A stretch of 64,000 nt of DNA from a virus, in the IMG/VR virus record IMGVR_UViG_3300021964_000013. One strand, 5' to 3'. The position numbers and the translations under genes are program-made. Under the pieces are notes generated by a model that did not search any database, was not told where the DNA came from, and saw only the letters and a program-made list of their open reading frames with translations. Positions 10,532 to 21,738 of the stretch are shown here, in pieces (position 1 is the stretch's first letter; every line of letters begins with the position of its first letter).

Positions 10532-11961
10532 GTCACAAATTAGGTATTTGTATACCATATAGAGATAGGGAGGAACACTTAAAGAAATTGGTACCCCACT
10601 TAAGAAAACATTTAAATAGGCAGGGTATAGATCATAAATTTTATGTTGCTCACCAAGTCGATGATAAGTTATTTAATAGGGGTGCAATGAAAAATATCGC
10701 AGCAAAAAGAGCGTTCGAGGATGGATGTGATTACATTGCTTGGCATGATGTTGACATGTTACCCTATGATGAGACTTGTGATTATTCGTATCCTGAAGAG
10801 ACCCCAATACATATCGCCACTCAACTATCAAAGTACGGATATGATATGAGTTATGATCAATACTTCGGTGGTGTCATCCTTTTCAATAAGGAACAGGTTG
10901 AAAGAACTAACGGATACTCCAACGATTATTGGGATTGGGGTATGGAGGATGACGACCTGTTTTGGAGGGCTTACTATGAGGGGTATACCACCGGTAAAGT
11001 GATAAGCAATAAAACTAATAGACCTTCGTTATACTTTAATGGAGATACTTCCCATGTTGAAATTCCATCGAATAGGAGGGTTGTGGAGTACTTAAATAGG
11101 AATCATACGATAACCTTATTAGTCAAAACCCAACAACAAGAGGATAAGGTTCCAATATGGTTAGTGGGTGATGAGGATAGACAGTTCATCGAGTACCCAA
11201 TCTTTAGAAAAAGTGGTGGTTTCAACTATGGGATTTCATTTAACAATTCAAGAGCAATGACCTTTCAATTATTTGATATGACAAGGGCACCAATATATAA
11301 TTGGATAAAGAGGTTTGAGAATATGTGGACAAGACTTACCATATCCATTGATGCGGAGAATAAGAAAATGTATTGTTACGTAAATGATGAGTTGGCGACC
11401 AATGTTAGGAATAAAAAGGAAGAAAGACCATTAGATTTTGATAATAGATTATTAAGATATGATCTAAGAAATCCATTTTATTTAGGTTTCGACCCACAAG
11501 CAAACACAAGACTCAAAGGTGAAATTGCCGAGTGTAAGGTATATAATAGATTCTTCACACCCGAAGAGATATCACATGTCTTTGAAGGTGGTAGTGATGG
11601 TGCAGTTATGGATCTCGACTTTGAAAATATCAGTGATGGTAAAATCACAGATAAGGTTAATGGTATTGTTGGTACTTTAAATGATATAGAAATTAAAAAT
11701 ACCGACATCGAAATCGTTGAAAACATACTACCATATAGAAGAGATGGTAAGTTTTACTGTTTACCACATTTGGACTTAGGTTTTGTTAATGGTAAGTGGC
11801 ATCAAGGAGAAACAACCGCGAAGAATGAAAAAAGATTCGTTAGGGAGATGCAACAAAAGAAAATCGACTATAAAAACGACGGAATGTCTAATCTCAAATA
11901 TGAATTAGTGGAAACTATTATGTTTGACGATGATTGTGAAATGTTAAACGTAAAACTGTAA
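10528..11961 (+). CDS. GT7 glycosyltransferase with LamG-like insertion
   Basis: IPYRDR, FNRG, HDVD, YFGGV, YWDWGMEDDD; LYFNG...LKGEIAECKVYNR LamG; CLPH and DGMSNLKY C-terminus. Confidence 0.85.
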   Translation: MSHKLGICIPYRDREEHLKKLVPHLRKHLNRQGIDHKFYVAHQVDDKLFNRGAMKNIAAKRAFEDGCDYIAWHDVDMLPYDETCDYSYPEETPIHIATQLSKYGYDMSYDQYFGGVILFNKEQVERTNGYSNDYWDWGMEDDDLFWRAYYEGYTTGKVISNKTNRPSLYFNGDTSHVEIPSNRRVVEYLNRNHTITLLVKTQQQEDKVPIWLVGDEDRQFIEYPIFRKSGGFNYGISFNNSRAMTFQLFDMTRAPIYNWIKRFENMWTRLTISIDAENKKMYCYVNDELATNVRNKKEERPLDFDNRLLRYDLRNPFYLGFDPQANTRLKGEIAECKVYNRFFTPEEISHVFEGGSDGAVMDLDFENISDGKITDKVNGIVGTLNDIEIKNTDIEIVENILPYRRDGKFYCLPHLDLGFVNGKWHQGETTAKNEKRFVREMQQKKIDYKNDGMSNLKYELVETIMFDDDCEMLNVKL

Positions 11962-13343
11962 TGTCAAATACTAATTTTGAAGAGACTAAAAATAAATTAA
12001 ATTCCGTTGGGTGTGGGATGTGTCTTGCAAAATGGACACAAGTCACCATGCATTTACAAACGGGATTTAATCACTCTTGTCACCACCCGAGTGTACATAA
12101 AATTCCCGTAAGGGAGGTGGAGAAAAATCCTAAGGCATTACACAACACCATCTTCAAAAAGTATAAGAGAAAGGAAATGTTAACGGGAGGTAGACCTTCT
12201 GAGTGTGAATACTGTTGGAACATTGAAGATAACTCCGATGTGTATTCTGATCGTATCTATAAATCCTCAGAACCGTGGTCTAAACCTCACTTCGATGAAA
12301 TCGTTAACTCGGATTGGAAGTCAGATTTTAATCCGAGATACGTGGAAGTATCATTTACCAACACATGTAACTTCAAATGTTCTTATTGTGGACCCGCATA
12401 TTCATCTAAATGGTTTCAGGAATCGAAAGAACACGGAGGATATCCAACACAACCATCATTTAATAGTTATGAAACTATGGTTGCGGAAGGTAGTGTACCC
12501 ATACTACAGAGTGAATACAATCCTTATGTCGAGGCGTTTTGGAAGTGGTGGCCCGAACTCTATGAAGACTTAAACACATTTAGAATTACAGGAGGAGAAC
12601 CTCTACTATCTAAAGACACATGGAAAGTATTGGACTACATAATCGAACACCCAAACCCAAATAAAGAATTAAAATTTGCAATTAATTCTAATTTAGGTGT
12701 GGTTGACGGACTTATCGATAGAATGATTGAGAAACTCAAGAGAATTATAGATGAGGATAGAGTCAAAGAAGTAATACTATTCACTTCAGTGGATGCGTGG
12801 GGTGAACAAGCGGAGTATATAAGAAATGGACTCGAGTTTAATAAATTTTGGGATAACCTTAATAAAGTATTAAGTGAATTACCTAAAGTTACGGTAACCA
12901 TTATGTCCACTTATAACCTAATGAGTCCCTTTACTTATAACAAACTAATAAAGAACATCCACCAATTAAAATATGACCACTATAATGAAGATAGATTTTG
13001 GTTACACCCAATATTGTTAGATACTTCTTATTTAAGATATCCGGCTCATCAATCGGTTAAATTACTCACCGATGAACATAAGGAATTAATACTAACCAAT
13101 GCTGAGTTATCACTTTACTTAGGTGTTCCTGTTTTTGATAATAAACACATGGGTATGACAGAAGTTGAAACCGAAAAAATAAAGAGAATTTATGATTGGT
13201 CTATTTCTGAGTCAGGTGATGATAAAATCATCGAAAGACAAAACTTTAAAAGGTTCGTTCTTGAACATGATAGACGTAGAGGGACTGATTTTATTAAGAC
13301 GTTCCCTGAATTAGAAGAATTCTTTAATAAAATTAAGATATGA
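11961..13343 (+). CDS. Radical SAM protein with N-terminal twitch-like domain (CHH subtype)
   Basis: CLAKW...SCHHP...CEYC, then CNFKCSYC and TGGEP. Confidence 0.9.
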   Translation: MSNTNFEETKNKLNSVGCGMCLAKWTQVTMHLQTGFNHSCHHPSVHKIPVREVEKNPKALHNTIFKKYKRKEMLTGGRPSECEYCWNIEDNSDVYSDRIYKSSEPWSKPHFDEIVNSDWKSDFNPRYVEVSFTNTCNFKCSYCGPAYSSKWFQESKEHGGYPTQPSFNSYETMVAEGSVPILQSEYNPYVEAFWKWWPELYEDLNTFRITGGEPLLSKDTWKVLDYIIEHPNPNKELKFAINSNLGVVDGLIDRMIEKLKRIIDEDRVKEVILFTSVDAWGEQAEYIRNGLEFNKFWDNLNKVLSELPKVTVTIMSTYNLMSPFTYNKLIKNIHQLKYDHYNEDRFWLHPILLDTSYLRYPAHQSVKLLTDEHKELILTNAELSLYLGVPVFDNKHMGMTEVETEKIKRIYDWSISESGDDKIIERQNFKRFVLEHDRRRGTDFIKTFPELEEFFNKIKI

Positions 13344-14005
13344 CAATAGAACACGGAGAACCATGGTTATTGTGGCCCGATACGGTCTCATATGGAATAA
13401 ATAAAGGAGACATAGGTTCCGTTTTTGAGGGTGGAAATGATTTTACCATCAACATGAGGGTTAAAATACTAAGTAAGGAACCATCTAAGAGGACTTTATT
13501 TGCGAAACTACCTAACTACATGGGATTGGACGTGGAAAAAGAAAACAATAACCTTCTTTTCATCTGCAATTTTGAAAAAGATGGTAAAGTGGAGGCAGAG
13601 TATCTTTTCATAAACAACGAATTAGGTTGGGATTGGAATTTTATAACTATCAGATATAATAAACAACTTAACTACATTGAGGTTTTAATTAATGATATGG
13701 TAGTACTTGAAAAAATGATGGTTAGTGGTCAAAAATTAAGTGTGGGTCATGAACCTCATATTCTTTTTGGGTCAGGTAATTTCCCTCATAATGGATTTAA
13801 CCTAAACTACTGCGAATATGACATTGATCATTTATTAATATCAAAAAAATACTTATCTTTTAATAATATCAAATCAATTTATGAAACCAAGGATGTTGGT
13901 GGTCATGAAGTGGTTGGGTTGTACGATTTTAAAGAGAAGACGAATTACAAAGTATATGATTTTACAGGTAATTGTAATTTCATTCATAAAATTTTAGAAA
14001 AATAA
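13340..14005 (+). CDS. Stand-alone LamG-like domain protein
   Basis: DFTINMRV, WNFITIRY, VLIND, YDF...VYDFTGNCN. Confidence 0.6.
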   Translation: MTIEHGEPWLLWPDTVSYGINKGDIGSVFEGGNDFTINMRVKILSKEPSKRTLFAKLPNYMGLDVEKENNNLLFICNFEKDGKVEAEYLFINNELGWDWNFITIRYNKQLNYIEVLINDMVVLEKMMVSGQKLSVGHEPHILFGSGNFPHNGFNLNYCEYDIDHLLISKKYLSFNNIKSIYETKDVGGHEVVGLYDFKEKTNYKVYDFTGNCNFIHKILEK

Positions 14006-14006
14006 T

Positions 14007-15599
14007 ATGGGTATAATAGCAAAAAAACACGATGAGAGTTATCTCGACTACAGAGATCGTGTGGTGAACAAGGTTTCACCTTCTTTCTGTGGTGCAAAAT
14101 GGTATAATGCAACTATTTGGTTAGGTAATGGTACGACGGCGAGTTGTCACCACCCACCCGCGCATAAAATTCCTTTAGAGGAGGTGGCAATGAACCATAA
14201 AGCAATCCACAACACACAATATAAGAAACTCATAAGAAAACAGATGTTGGAGGGTGAGAGACCCAAAGAATGTGAATACTGTTGGAAGATTGAAGACTTA
14301 GGACCTGAAAAGATATCCGATAGGGTACATAAATCTGTTATTTACACTGATGAGGAATTGAATGAGTGTAAGGAAACCTTTGGATGGGAGGAAGATGTTG
14401 ATTTAAAGACGTTAGAAATTGCATTTGACCCTAATTGTAATTTTGGTTGTTCTTATTGTAATGCTTCCTTTTCAACACAGTGGCAAAACGACGTTAAGAA
14501 GAATGGTGCATATCAGAATTTAGTATCTGACGGTGCCGCAGCGTTCCAACACGACGGATCACATTCGATGCCGTATGGTAGGAAGAATGAAGGTAACCCA
14601 TACATTGAGGCGTTTTGGAAATGGTGGGAAGGTGAATTACAACACACTTTAAGGGAACTTAGAGTTACAGGTGGTGAACCGACCATGTCTAAAGATTTTT
14701 GGAAGTTGATGAAGTGGTGGGAGCAACACCCTGAGTGTGAAGTTGAATTTGCGGTGAACTCCAATCTTGGTCAGAAAGATGCGTTATTTGAGGAGTTACT
14801 TAAAGCATCCCACAACATTAAAAGTTTTCACCTCTATACAAGTTGTGAGGCGGTTGGGATACAAGCCGAGTACATTAGAGATGGTTTAGTTTGGGATAAA
14901 TGGATCACAAACATGGATAGGATGTTAGGTGAAGGTAATGTACAATCAAGTAATTGTATGATGACCATAAATGCGTTGTGTTTATTCAGTCTACCTGAAT
15001 TCATGGATGAGATGTTAAAACTCAAAAAGAAACACAACACACAATCACCTGTATGTTCGTTCAATATTTTAAGATTCCCATCATTTCAATCGATAGTAAC
15101 ACTACCCAAAGAAATAAGACTTGAAAGAGCGGATGCAATTGAGAAATGGATTAACGACAATTGGGATGATGAAAAGAATGGGTTTATCCAATGGGAAAAG
15201 GATAGTATGACCCGTTTGGTCACCTACATCAGAGAAGTTAGTACGGGTCACGCATTTACATCCTCTTTAGAATCGAGAGAAAGGGATTTTAAATCTTTTT
15301 ACACTCAATACGATATGAGGAGAGGTAAAAACTTCTTAGAGGCGTTCCCAATGTTAAAAGAATGGTGGGATAGTATACCTGAAACTAACATTGCACCATT
15401 AAAAGGTTTAGTTGATGGTGATGATGCAAAATCAAATCGTTATGTCGACGAAGTTTTAGATACCGCCAAGAAAGAAGGGTGGGTGTTAGATCCCCAATGG
15501 GCAAATCCCGGTGCACAAGACTACGTGGAACCTGAAGATGATGTGGATAACATGCAAAATGAAATGATGGATTTCATTAATGACAAAGATGATGAATGA
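14007..15599 (+). CDS. Radical SAM protein with N-terminal twitch-like domain (CHH subtype), acidic C-terminal tail
   Basis: CGAKW...SCHHP...CEYC; CNFGCSYC; TGGEP. Confidence 0.9.
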   Translation: MGIIAKKHDESYLDYRDRVVNKVSPSFCGAKWYNATIWLGNGTTASCHHPPAHKIPLEEVAMNHKAIHNTQYKKLIRKQMLEGERPKECEYCWKIEDLGPEKISDRVHKSVIYTDEELNECKETFGWEEDVDLKTLEIAFDPNCNFGCSYCNASFSTQWQNDVKKNGAYQNLVSDGAAAFQHDGSHSMPYGRKNEGNPYIEAFWKWWEGELQHTLRELRVTGGEPTMSKDFWKLMKWWEQHPECEVEFAVNSNLGQKDALFEELLKASHNIKSFHLYTSCEAVGIQAEYIRDGLVWDKWITNMDRMLGEGNVQSSNCMMTINALCLFSLPEFMDEMLKLKKKHNTQSPVCSFNILRFPSFQSIVTLPKEIRLERADAIEKWINDNWDDEKNGFIQWEKDSMTRLVTYIREVSTGHAFTSSLESRERDFKSFYTQYDMRRGKNFLEAFPMLKEWWDSIPETNIAPLKGLVDGDDAKSNRYVDEVLDTAKKEGWVLDPQWANPGAQDYVEPEDDVDNMQNEMMDFINDKDDE

Positions 15600-16753
15600 T
15601 TACCCATTTAGATTTTGAAATATCGTCACTATGTAATGCGGGATGTCCTGTCTGTCCTCGTAGGGATGGGGGTGTATACAATCAGTTTAATCAAACATAT
15701 TGGACTTTAAGTGAGGTCCAAAGAGTTGTCGGTGACGATCTCGTATCCAAATTAGAGTACTTTAATGTTTGTGGTAATTTCGGTGACGGGATGGGTAATC
15801 CCGAAGTCGTTAATATACTAAAATGGGTTAGGGATTCTAATCCAAGTTGTCATATACATATAAGTACCAATGGGGGTATCGGTAAACCAAACCAATATAA
15901 AGAATTGGCTAAGTTAGGTGTTTGGATAACCTTTGGTATTGACGGATATGGTGACAAAAACGAACTATATCGGATAAACGCAAAATGGAAAAAAGTCGAA
16001 GAGAATATCAGATCATTCTCTGAAAATGTAATCGATAAAAATCAAATAGAGATACAGTTTCTATTGTGGGACCAAACAAGGGATCAAATTAAACCCATAT
16101 ATGATTTTTGTACGGACATAGGTTGTAATAGTCTCTTCTTAAGGGAACCTTTTACGTTGGGTCAATATACTCGTGGGTATAACATGAAAGGGGAATATAC
16201 CCATAGTTTAACCTATGAATCGAATAACCTTACTAATAAACTATCAAACAAAAAGTGGTCTCTATCGGATAGTATCGAATTAAACCTAATTCTCTCTACG
16301 GAGGACTTAGGACAAAAACCACTTGTTGTTGAGGATAATGTTATCGAATATAACCACATTAAGAGACCGTATGAATATACCGATTTTAATAGGGTTGATG
16401 TGAACGGGGATAATTTCCAACAAACATGTTATTCTAAGAATAGTAAAGACCCATCAAACCTATCAGAGAGTCAACACAACTTGTATATAACATATGACGG
16501 TTATTTGATGCCCTGTTGTATGATACCCCCTGAATACTCACTTAGTATTGAGAATTCTAAGGGTGACGAAAATGATAAACAGAAAGAGATTTTAAATAAA
16601 CTTATAGATATAGGTATAGACAAATTTTCATTGAATAATAGAACCATAAATGAGGTTTTAGAGAGCGGTGTTTTACATGAATTTGTCTATGATAATTTTG
16701 AGAATAACACACAGTTTATTTTTTGTAAGACTGTTTGTGGGAAATGTAATTAA
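15596..16753 (+). CDS. Radical SAM protein with C-terminal twitch-like Cys motif
   Basis: CNAGCPVC; CGNFGD; C-terminal PCC...CKTVC. Confidence 0.85.
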   Translation: MITHLDFEISSLCNAGCPVCPRRDGGVYNQFNQTYWTLSEVQRVVGDDLVSKLEYFNVCGNFGDGMGNPEVVNILKWVRDSNPSCHIHISTNGGIGKPNQYKELAKLGVWITFGIDGYGDKNELYRINAKWKKVEENIRSFSENVIDKNQIEIQFLLWDQTRDQIKPIYDFCTDIGCNSLFLREPFTLGQYTRGYNMKGEYTHSLTYESNNLTNKLSNKKWSLSDSIELNLILSTEDLGQKPLVVEDNVIEYNHIKRPYEYTDFNRVDVNGDNFQQTCYSKNSKDPSNLSESQHNLYITYDGYLMPCCMIPPEYSLSIENSKGDENDKQKEILNKLIDIGIDKFSLNNRTINEVLESGVLHEFVYDNFENNTQFIFCKTVCGKCN

Positions 16754-16755
16754 AT

Positions 16756-18093
16756 ATGAAAATTAAACCATCAGAAGGAAATAAAACGTTTTGTGTTGCA
16801 CCATGGACACACACATACCTCTCACCTCAAAGTGAAAGGAGATTATGTTGTGCAAGTAGAGAAAAGGCGACTTGGGCAACACAATATATCGATGCGGATA
16901 AGGCCGACGAGAATTCCGAATATAAACCTGCGAGTTTGGAAGAACATTGGAATAGTCCATATATGATGGACATAAGGAAGAAACTTATGGCGGGTGAGAA
17001 GATCTCTCAATGCGATGTTTGTAATAATCAAATCTTGAATATTCATGTTTATAGGGATTACTTCACAAAAACTCTTTTTCCCCATAAGATTGACGAAATA
17101 TTCGAAAAGACAAATGACGATGGTTATACCGAACTGAAACCGATATCCTTTGACTACAGAATTACAAACCTATGTAATTTTAAATGTAGAATGTGTGGTG
17201 ACCAATTATCATCATCATGGGAGGCAGAAAATCGTAAGTTGGGTAGATATTCAAGTGGGGGTGACGCGTGGGCGTTAAAAGAAAATAAACCTATGATCCA
17301 AGAATTCCAAACAGAAGTGGCGGAAAAGGAATTATGGGATGCAGTGTACGACGGTAGGATTGAGGAAATATATTGGGTTGGTGGTGAACCACTTATGTGG
17401 GACATACATTGGGACGTGATGAAGTATTTGGTTGATAATGGACAATCAAAAAACGTTACGGTAAGATACAATACCAATTTGAGTAGGGTGAGATATAAGG
17501 ACCATTATTTATATGATTATCTACCACATTTTAAGAGTGTTCAGATTTGTGCGAGTATTGATGGTATCGGTAGTAATGTTGAATATGTTAGACACGGGAT
17601 CAAGTGGGACTCGTGGATTGAAAATTTTAAAGAAGGTTTATTCTTAAATGAACAGTATGGTGAATACGGTACCGCATTTGATTTAACCGTAACCTCACCG
17701 GGATTATTCTCTATGAAGGAAATGATAGATATTACTGCAGATTTAGATGTGCATACACTAATCAAAACCACTTTCTCTTTCGATAGTAGTATTGTTATGT
17801 CACCCATGATGATACCACGAGAAATTCTAAACCCAATACTCGATGATATCATTGAATATGCAAGGAAAAAGTCTAAAACACATCCAAAGATTTATAATTA
17901 CGTCACATGTTTCGAGGACATAAAAAAGAAAAAGACATTCCAAGAGGAGTATGATGATTGGGAAGAGGGAATAAAGAGAGGTAAAAAAAGACTACAGGAG
18001 ATTGATAGACATAGGGGTAATTTAGGTGTAATTGAAGGTATCTTCTCACAAAACGAGGACCTCATAAATTGGTGGAATAGTATTGAGGTTTAA
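16756..18093 (+). CDS. Radical SAM protein with N-terminal twitch-like domain (CC subtype)
   Basis: CVAPW...LCC...CDVC; CNFKCRMC; GGEP. Confidence 0.9.
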   Translation: MKIKPSEGNKTFCVAPWTHTYLSPQSERRLCCASREKATWATQYIDADKADENSEYKPASLEEHWNSPYMMDIRKKLMAGEKISQCDVCNNQILNIHVYRDYFTKTLFPHKIDEIFEKTNDDGYTELKPISFDYRITNLCNFKCRMCGDQLSSSWEAENRKLGRYSSGGDAWALKENKPMIQEFQTEVAEKELWDAVYDGRIEEIYWVGGEPLMWDIHWDVMKYLVDNGQSKNVTVRYNTNLSRVRYKDHYLYDYLPHFKSVQICASIDGIGSNVEYVRHGIKWDSWIENFKEGLFLNEQYGEYGTAFDLTVTSPGLFSMKEMIDITADLDVHTLIKTTFSFDSSIVMSPMMIPREILNPILDDIIEYARKKSKTHPKIYNYVTCFEDIKKKKTFQEEYDDWEEGIKRGKKRLQEIDRHRGNLGVIEGIFSQNEDLINWWNSIEV

Positions 18094-19238
18094 TGTTAGT
18101 ATTTTTTACGAGACATAAAAAGACAGTAAGGTACCATAAAAGTAGTAAGAATGATATATCTCAATACCATTATGGTATTGTAGAGGACTTATTAAACATG
18201 ATTGGTATCGATATCATAAATAACGACAGGGAACTTGAGAAAAATAATGTGGTCTTCATTGAAGATTTTTTCGATGTGTCGATCGAGGTTGCAAGGAAAC
18301 CATTATACCAACTCAAGAACAGTCAACATTCTATTGGTAAGGATACTCATGTCTTTTTAGACAATCGTTCAGAACCAAGAAATTTCAATGTATCTAATTT
18401 TTTATATGCTGCGAAGTACGAATACGGTATCGACGAAAAGAATATACACATAATTACCGCAACTAAACATCACATATATAGAGACTCTAAGGTTAATGTA
18501 TATTACTTTCCTTACTTTTCTAAAGTTTTTCTATTGGAGGGTGATTATAGGGAGAATGTGAAAATCACCAAAAAAGTTAAAACTAAGTTAGTGTCATCAT
18601 TTAATAGAAGAACTACTATACAAAGAATCCTACAAGTATCGGATATCATTAAAAACTTTAACCCTGATGAATATACTATTAGTTTAGGCGTGGATGAAAC
18701 CGCTAACTCACCAAAAAAGAATCATCACCTATTAAAGGTCTTAAGTGGCAACCCCGAAATAGAATACCCCTTAATAGTAGATAAAGAACAAATCACAACG
18801 GAGGATAAAACTCAATTCAAAACAGAAATAGGTAACTCATCAAATACGATATTTGAGGTAGTGAATGAGACAATCCCCACAACATCTGATGTTGGTGGGA
18901 CTAATTCCATGCATGGTGGGGTATATTACCTTACGGAAAAAACATTGAGACCCTTTTTAAATCATCAAATACCTATAATTAATACCACCACGGGATTCAC
19001 CAAGTGGTTACATAAAAATTACGGTTTTGATTTATTCAAAGATATTATAGACTACACAAAGTGGGATAATTTACCTACATTGGAAGGAAGGTCTGAGGCG
19101 ATTATAACCGAAATAAAGAGGTTTAAATCAAGGTACCCTGATTATAATAAGTTTTATCATGATAATCTTTTCAGGTTTCAATTAAATGAGACCATTTTAA
19201 GGAAATTTGATACAAACCATTGTATAAAAATTAATTAG
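18093..19238 (+). CDS. Putative glycosyltransferase, GT10 (fucosyltransferase)-like C-terminal motif
   Basis: VVNET...YLTEKTLRP...GFDLF.DIIDY. Confidence 0.55.
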   Translation: MLVFFTRHKKTVRYHKSSKNDISQYHYGIVEDLLNMIGIDIINNDRELEKNNVVFIEDFFDVSIEVARKPLYQLKNSQHSIGKDTHVFLDNRSEPRNFNVSNFLYAAKYEYGIDEKNIHIITATKHHIYRDSKVNVYYFPYFSKVFLLEGDYRENVKITKKVKTKLVSSFNRRTTIQRILQVSDIIKNFNPDEYTISLGVDETANSPKKNHHLLKVLSGNPEIEYPLIVDKEQITTEDKTQFKTEIGNSSNTIFEVVNETIPTTSDVGGTNSMHGGVYYLTEKTLRPFLNHQIPIINTTTGFTKWLHKNYGFDLFKDIIDYTKWDNLPTLEGRSEAIITEIKRFKSRYPDYNKFYHDNLFRFQLNETILRKFDTNHCIKIN

Positions 19239-19240
19239 TA

Positions 19241-19996
19241 ATGAACATTAAAAATTTAATTAAACATGATTTAAAAACTTTTGACAGAGATAAAATAAGG
19301 AAGACTTTCCAAACCAATAATCCGGTCCCATGGTATGTATTTCCTGAATTTTTGAGTGATGATGTTGTAATCTCCCTAAAAAATGAATTAGATCACGAAT
19401 ACACCACTAATAAAGACAATCATAAAATATTTACACGTGCAGGTTCAAACATGTTTGAGATATTGGATAACCATGAATTTGAACATGCGGAGAATTTAAT
19501 AAGTGCGGTTCACTCTAAAACATTCATTAGTTTTTTAGAAGATATTACAGGTATTAAAGGTTTAATATCGGATCCTTCATTGGTTGGTGCGGGTTACATG
19601 AGATGTGGTAGAGGCGATAGTCTTAAAATCCACACTGATTTCAATTGGAACAATGAATTGTATTTACATAGGGCACTTAGTGTGATCTTTTATCTAAATC
19701 CCGAATGGGATGAGAGTTGGAATGGTGATTTACAACTATGGGACAAAGATAGAAGTGGTAAAGTACATTCAATATTCCCCTCTAATGGTAATATGTTGGT
19801 GTGGCAGTACGACAAACTTGGATACCACGGACACCCCAACCCCCTAAACTGTCCTGAAGGTCATTATAGAGATGGATTTAGATTCTTTTTCTATGTGAGT
19901 TCCTCAGAATATAAGAAAGACGATTTACCACATAGAAGTTTATATTACTATGATGAAAATGAAGGGAAACCTATTGACAAAACCGTTGAGAAATGA
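19241..19996 (+). CDS. 2OG-Fe(II) oxygenase
   Basis: HTD...HGH facial triad, GDLQLW, distal Arg (YRDG). Confidence 0.9.
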   Translation: MNIKNLIKHDLKTFDRDKIRKTFQTNNPVPWYVFPEFLSDDVVISLKNELDHEYTTNKDNHKIFTRAGSNMFEILDNHEFEHAENLISAVHSKTFISFLEDITGIKGLISDPSLVGAGYMRCGRGDSLKIHTDFNWNNELYLHRALSVIFYLNPEWDESWNGDLQLWDKDRSGKVHSIFPSNGNMLVWQYDKLGYHGHPNPLNCPEGHYRDGFRFFFYVSSSEYKKDDLPHRSLYYYDENEGKPIDKTVEK

Positions 19997-21738
19997 GTTT
20001 CGAAAGACTGAATGAAGATCAAATAATCGAAAAATATGGAATCGTAGATCCATGGGATTACGTTACCTCCTTCGAAAACGCAATAAAGGAATATTGTGGT
20101 TATGGTTTCGCAATTGCGTGTGACTCCAACACCAACGCAATTAAACTTTGTCTTGAGTACTTAGGTATAAAAAACGAAAAAATTAGAATACCCGCTAAGA
20201 CTTATGTGTCAGTACCTAATCAGATAATACATTCAGGTAACTACCCTGAATTAGTCGGTATGGAGTGGTACGGTGAATATGAAATAGGTGAGACGGGAAT
20301 TATCGATTCTGCATGTAAGTTCGAAAAAAACTCCGCAATATCTCACCAAGACCCTCACTATAAAATACTTTCATTTCACCATAGGAAAATAATAAACATC
20401 GGTAAGGGTGGTATGATACTAACTAACGATGCGGAATTCGAAGGTTGGGCAAGAACAATGATCTATGACGGTAGACACAAAGAAGTGAAGTACGATAATG
20501 ACGAATTCGATTGTTATGGATATCACATGTATATGACCCCCGAGGATGCCAAAAAAGGATTATCAATACTACATTCGGACAGGATTGGGGAGGATGTTAT
20601 TATGTGTGCTTCACACGAGGACTATAAAGACTTAAGAAATCAAAACATCTTTAATAAAAAGGTTTTAGCTACCCACAATTTTGATATATGGGACTCATAC
20701 TATTACGAAAGTAAAATGATTCAAGATATTATTAAATCACCAAAAAAATATTTCAATATTATTCTACCCCAAGAGTATATTATTTATTACCATAAGAGAA
20801 ATCACCTTGATTATTTTATTGAGTTGGATAATGATTTGAAAATGTGTGACAAGTATCTAACCTATTATTGTGGATCAGAGTTCGACGAGGAAATCAACAA
20901 AAGATGTGATAATATAAAAGTAGTGACATGGGACAGTGTTGACTACTTTGCAAAATCACAACCATACCGTTTCCCAAGTTTGATGTTTTATGGTAAACAT
21001 CATAAGGAAGCAACTTTTGAATTACTTAAAACTATTATACCATCAAGACACTTTTCTATTATGACATTTATCAAGGCAGGTAGAGAATGGAGGGGGTATA
21101 TTGCGGAGAAACTATACGAAACTAAACTAAATGAAAAGACAAATCTATGTTTAAGAGTTGATAGTAGTATTAGATCGTATAATGAATCATCGTTTTCGTA
21201 TACAGATAAGAAAGGGGGGGTTTTGAGGTTTCACCCACTTTATTGGAATAAAAACATCGATTTAAACTATAAGAGTGATCCCTCTATCGAGTTTAACATT
21301 AGTAAAACACCTGTTGAATATATGATGGGTTCGTTTGATATTGCGGTTGAGACAATTACAGACTATTTTTTTGTGACTGAAAAAACCCTTAGACCCATAA
21401 TGTCAGAAAAACCATTTATGGTGTTTTCGTGTCAGAACTACCATAAAAAACTTAGTGAAAAATATGGTTTTAAATTATATGACGAGTTAATAGATTATAG
21501 TTTCGATTCGATACCTGAATTAGACAAAAGATTCGACGCTCAGATTAATGAATTGGTTAGAATTTCTAATAAGTACACGGCAGAAGAGATATTTCATCTA
21601 ACGAGAGAAACCACATCATTTAACTTCTCTATTTTAGAGAAGTTAAGAAATACTAAGTTTGTTAATATCCCTCGTGAAATATACCAAACAAAATTAATAA
21701 ATGAATATAAATACCTACCTAATACACTAAATGATTAA
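19993..21738 (+). CDS. DegT/DnrJ-type PLP sugar aminotransferase fused to a GT10-like domain
   Basis: DSA, SFHHRKIINIGKGG (PLP Lys); C-terminal IAVET..FVTEKTLRP...KPF...GF.LYDELIDYSFD. Confidence 0.8.
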   Translation: MSFERLNEDQIIEKYGIVDPWDYVTSFENAIKEYCGYGFAIACDSNTNAIKLCLEYLGIKNEKIRIPAKTYVSVPNQIIHSGNYPELVGMEWYGEYEIGETGIIDSACKFEKNSAISHQDPHYKILSFHHRKIINIGKGGMILTNDAEFEGWARTMIYDGRHKEVKYDNDEFDCYGYHMYMTPEDAKKGLSILHSDRIGEDVIMCASHEDYKDLRNQNIFNKKVLATHNFDIWDSYYYESKMIQDIIKSPKKYFNIILPQEYIIYYHKRNHLDYFIELDNDLKMCDKYLTYYCGSEFDEEINKRCDNIKVVTWDSVDYFAKSQPYRFPSLMFYGKHHKEATFELLKTIIPSRHFSIMTFIKAGREWRGYIAEKLYETKLNEKTNLCLRVDSSIRSYNESSFSYTDKKGGVLRFHPLYWNKNIDLNYKSDPSIEFNISKTPVEYMMGSFDIAVETITDYFFVTEKTLRPIMSEKPFMVFSCQNYHKKLSEKYGFKLYDELIDYSFDSIPELDKRFDAQINELVRISNKYTAEEIFHLTRETTSFNFSILEKLRNTKFVNIPREIYQTKLINEYKYLPNTLND

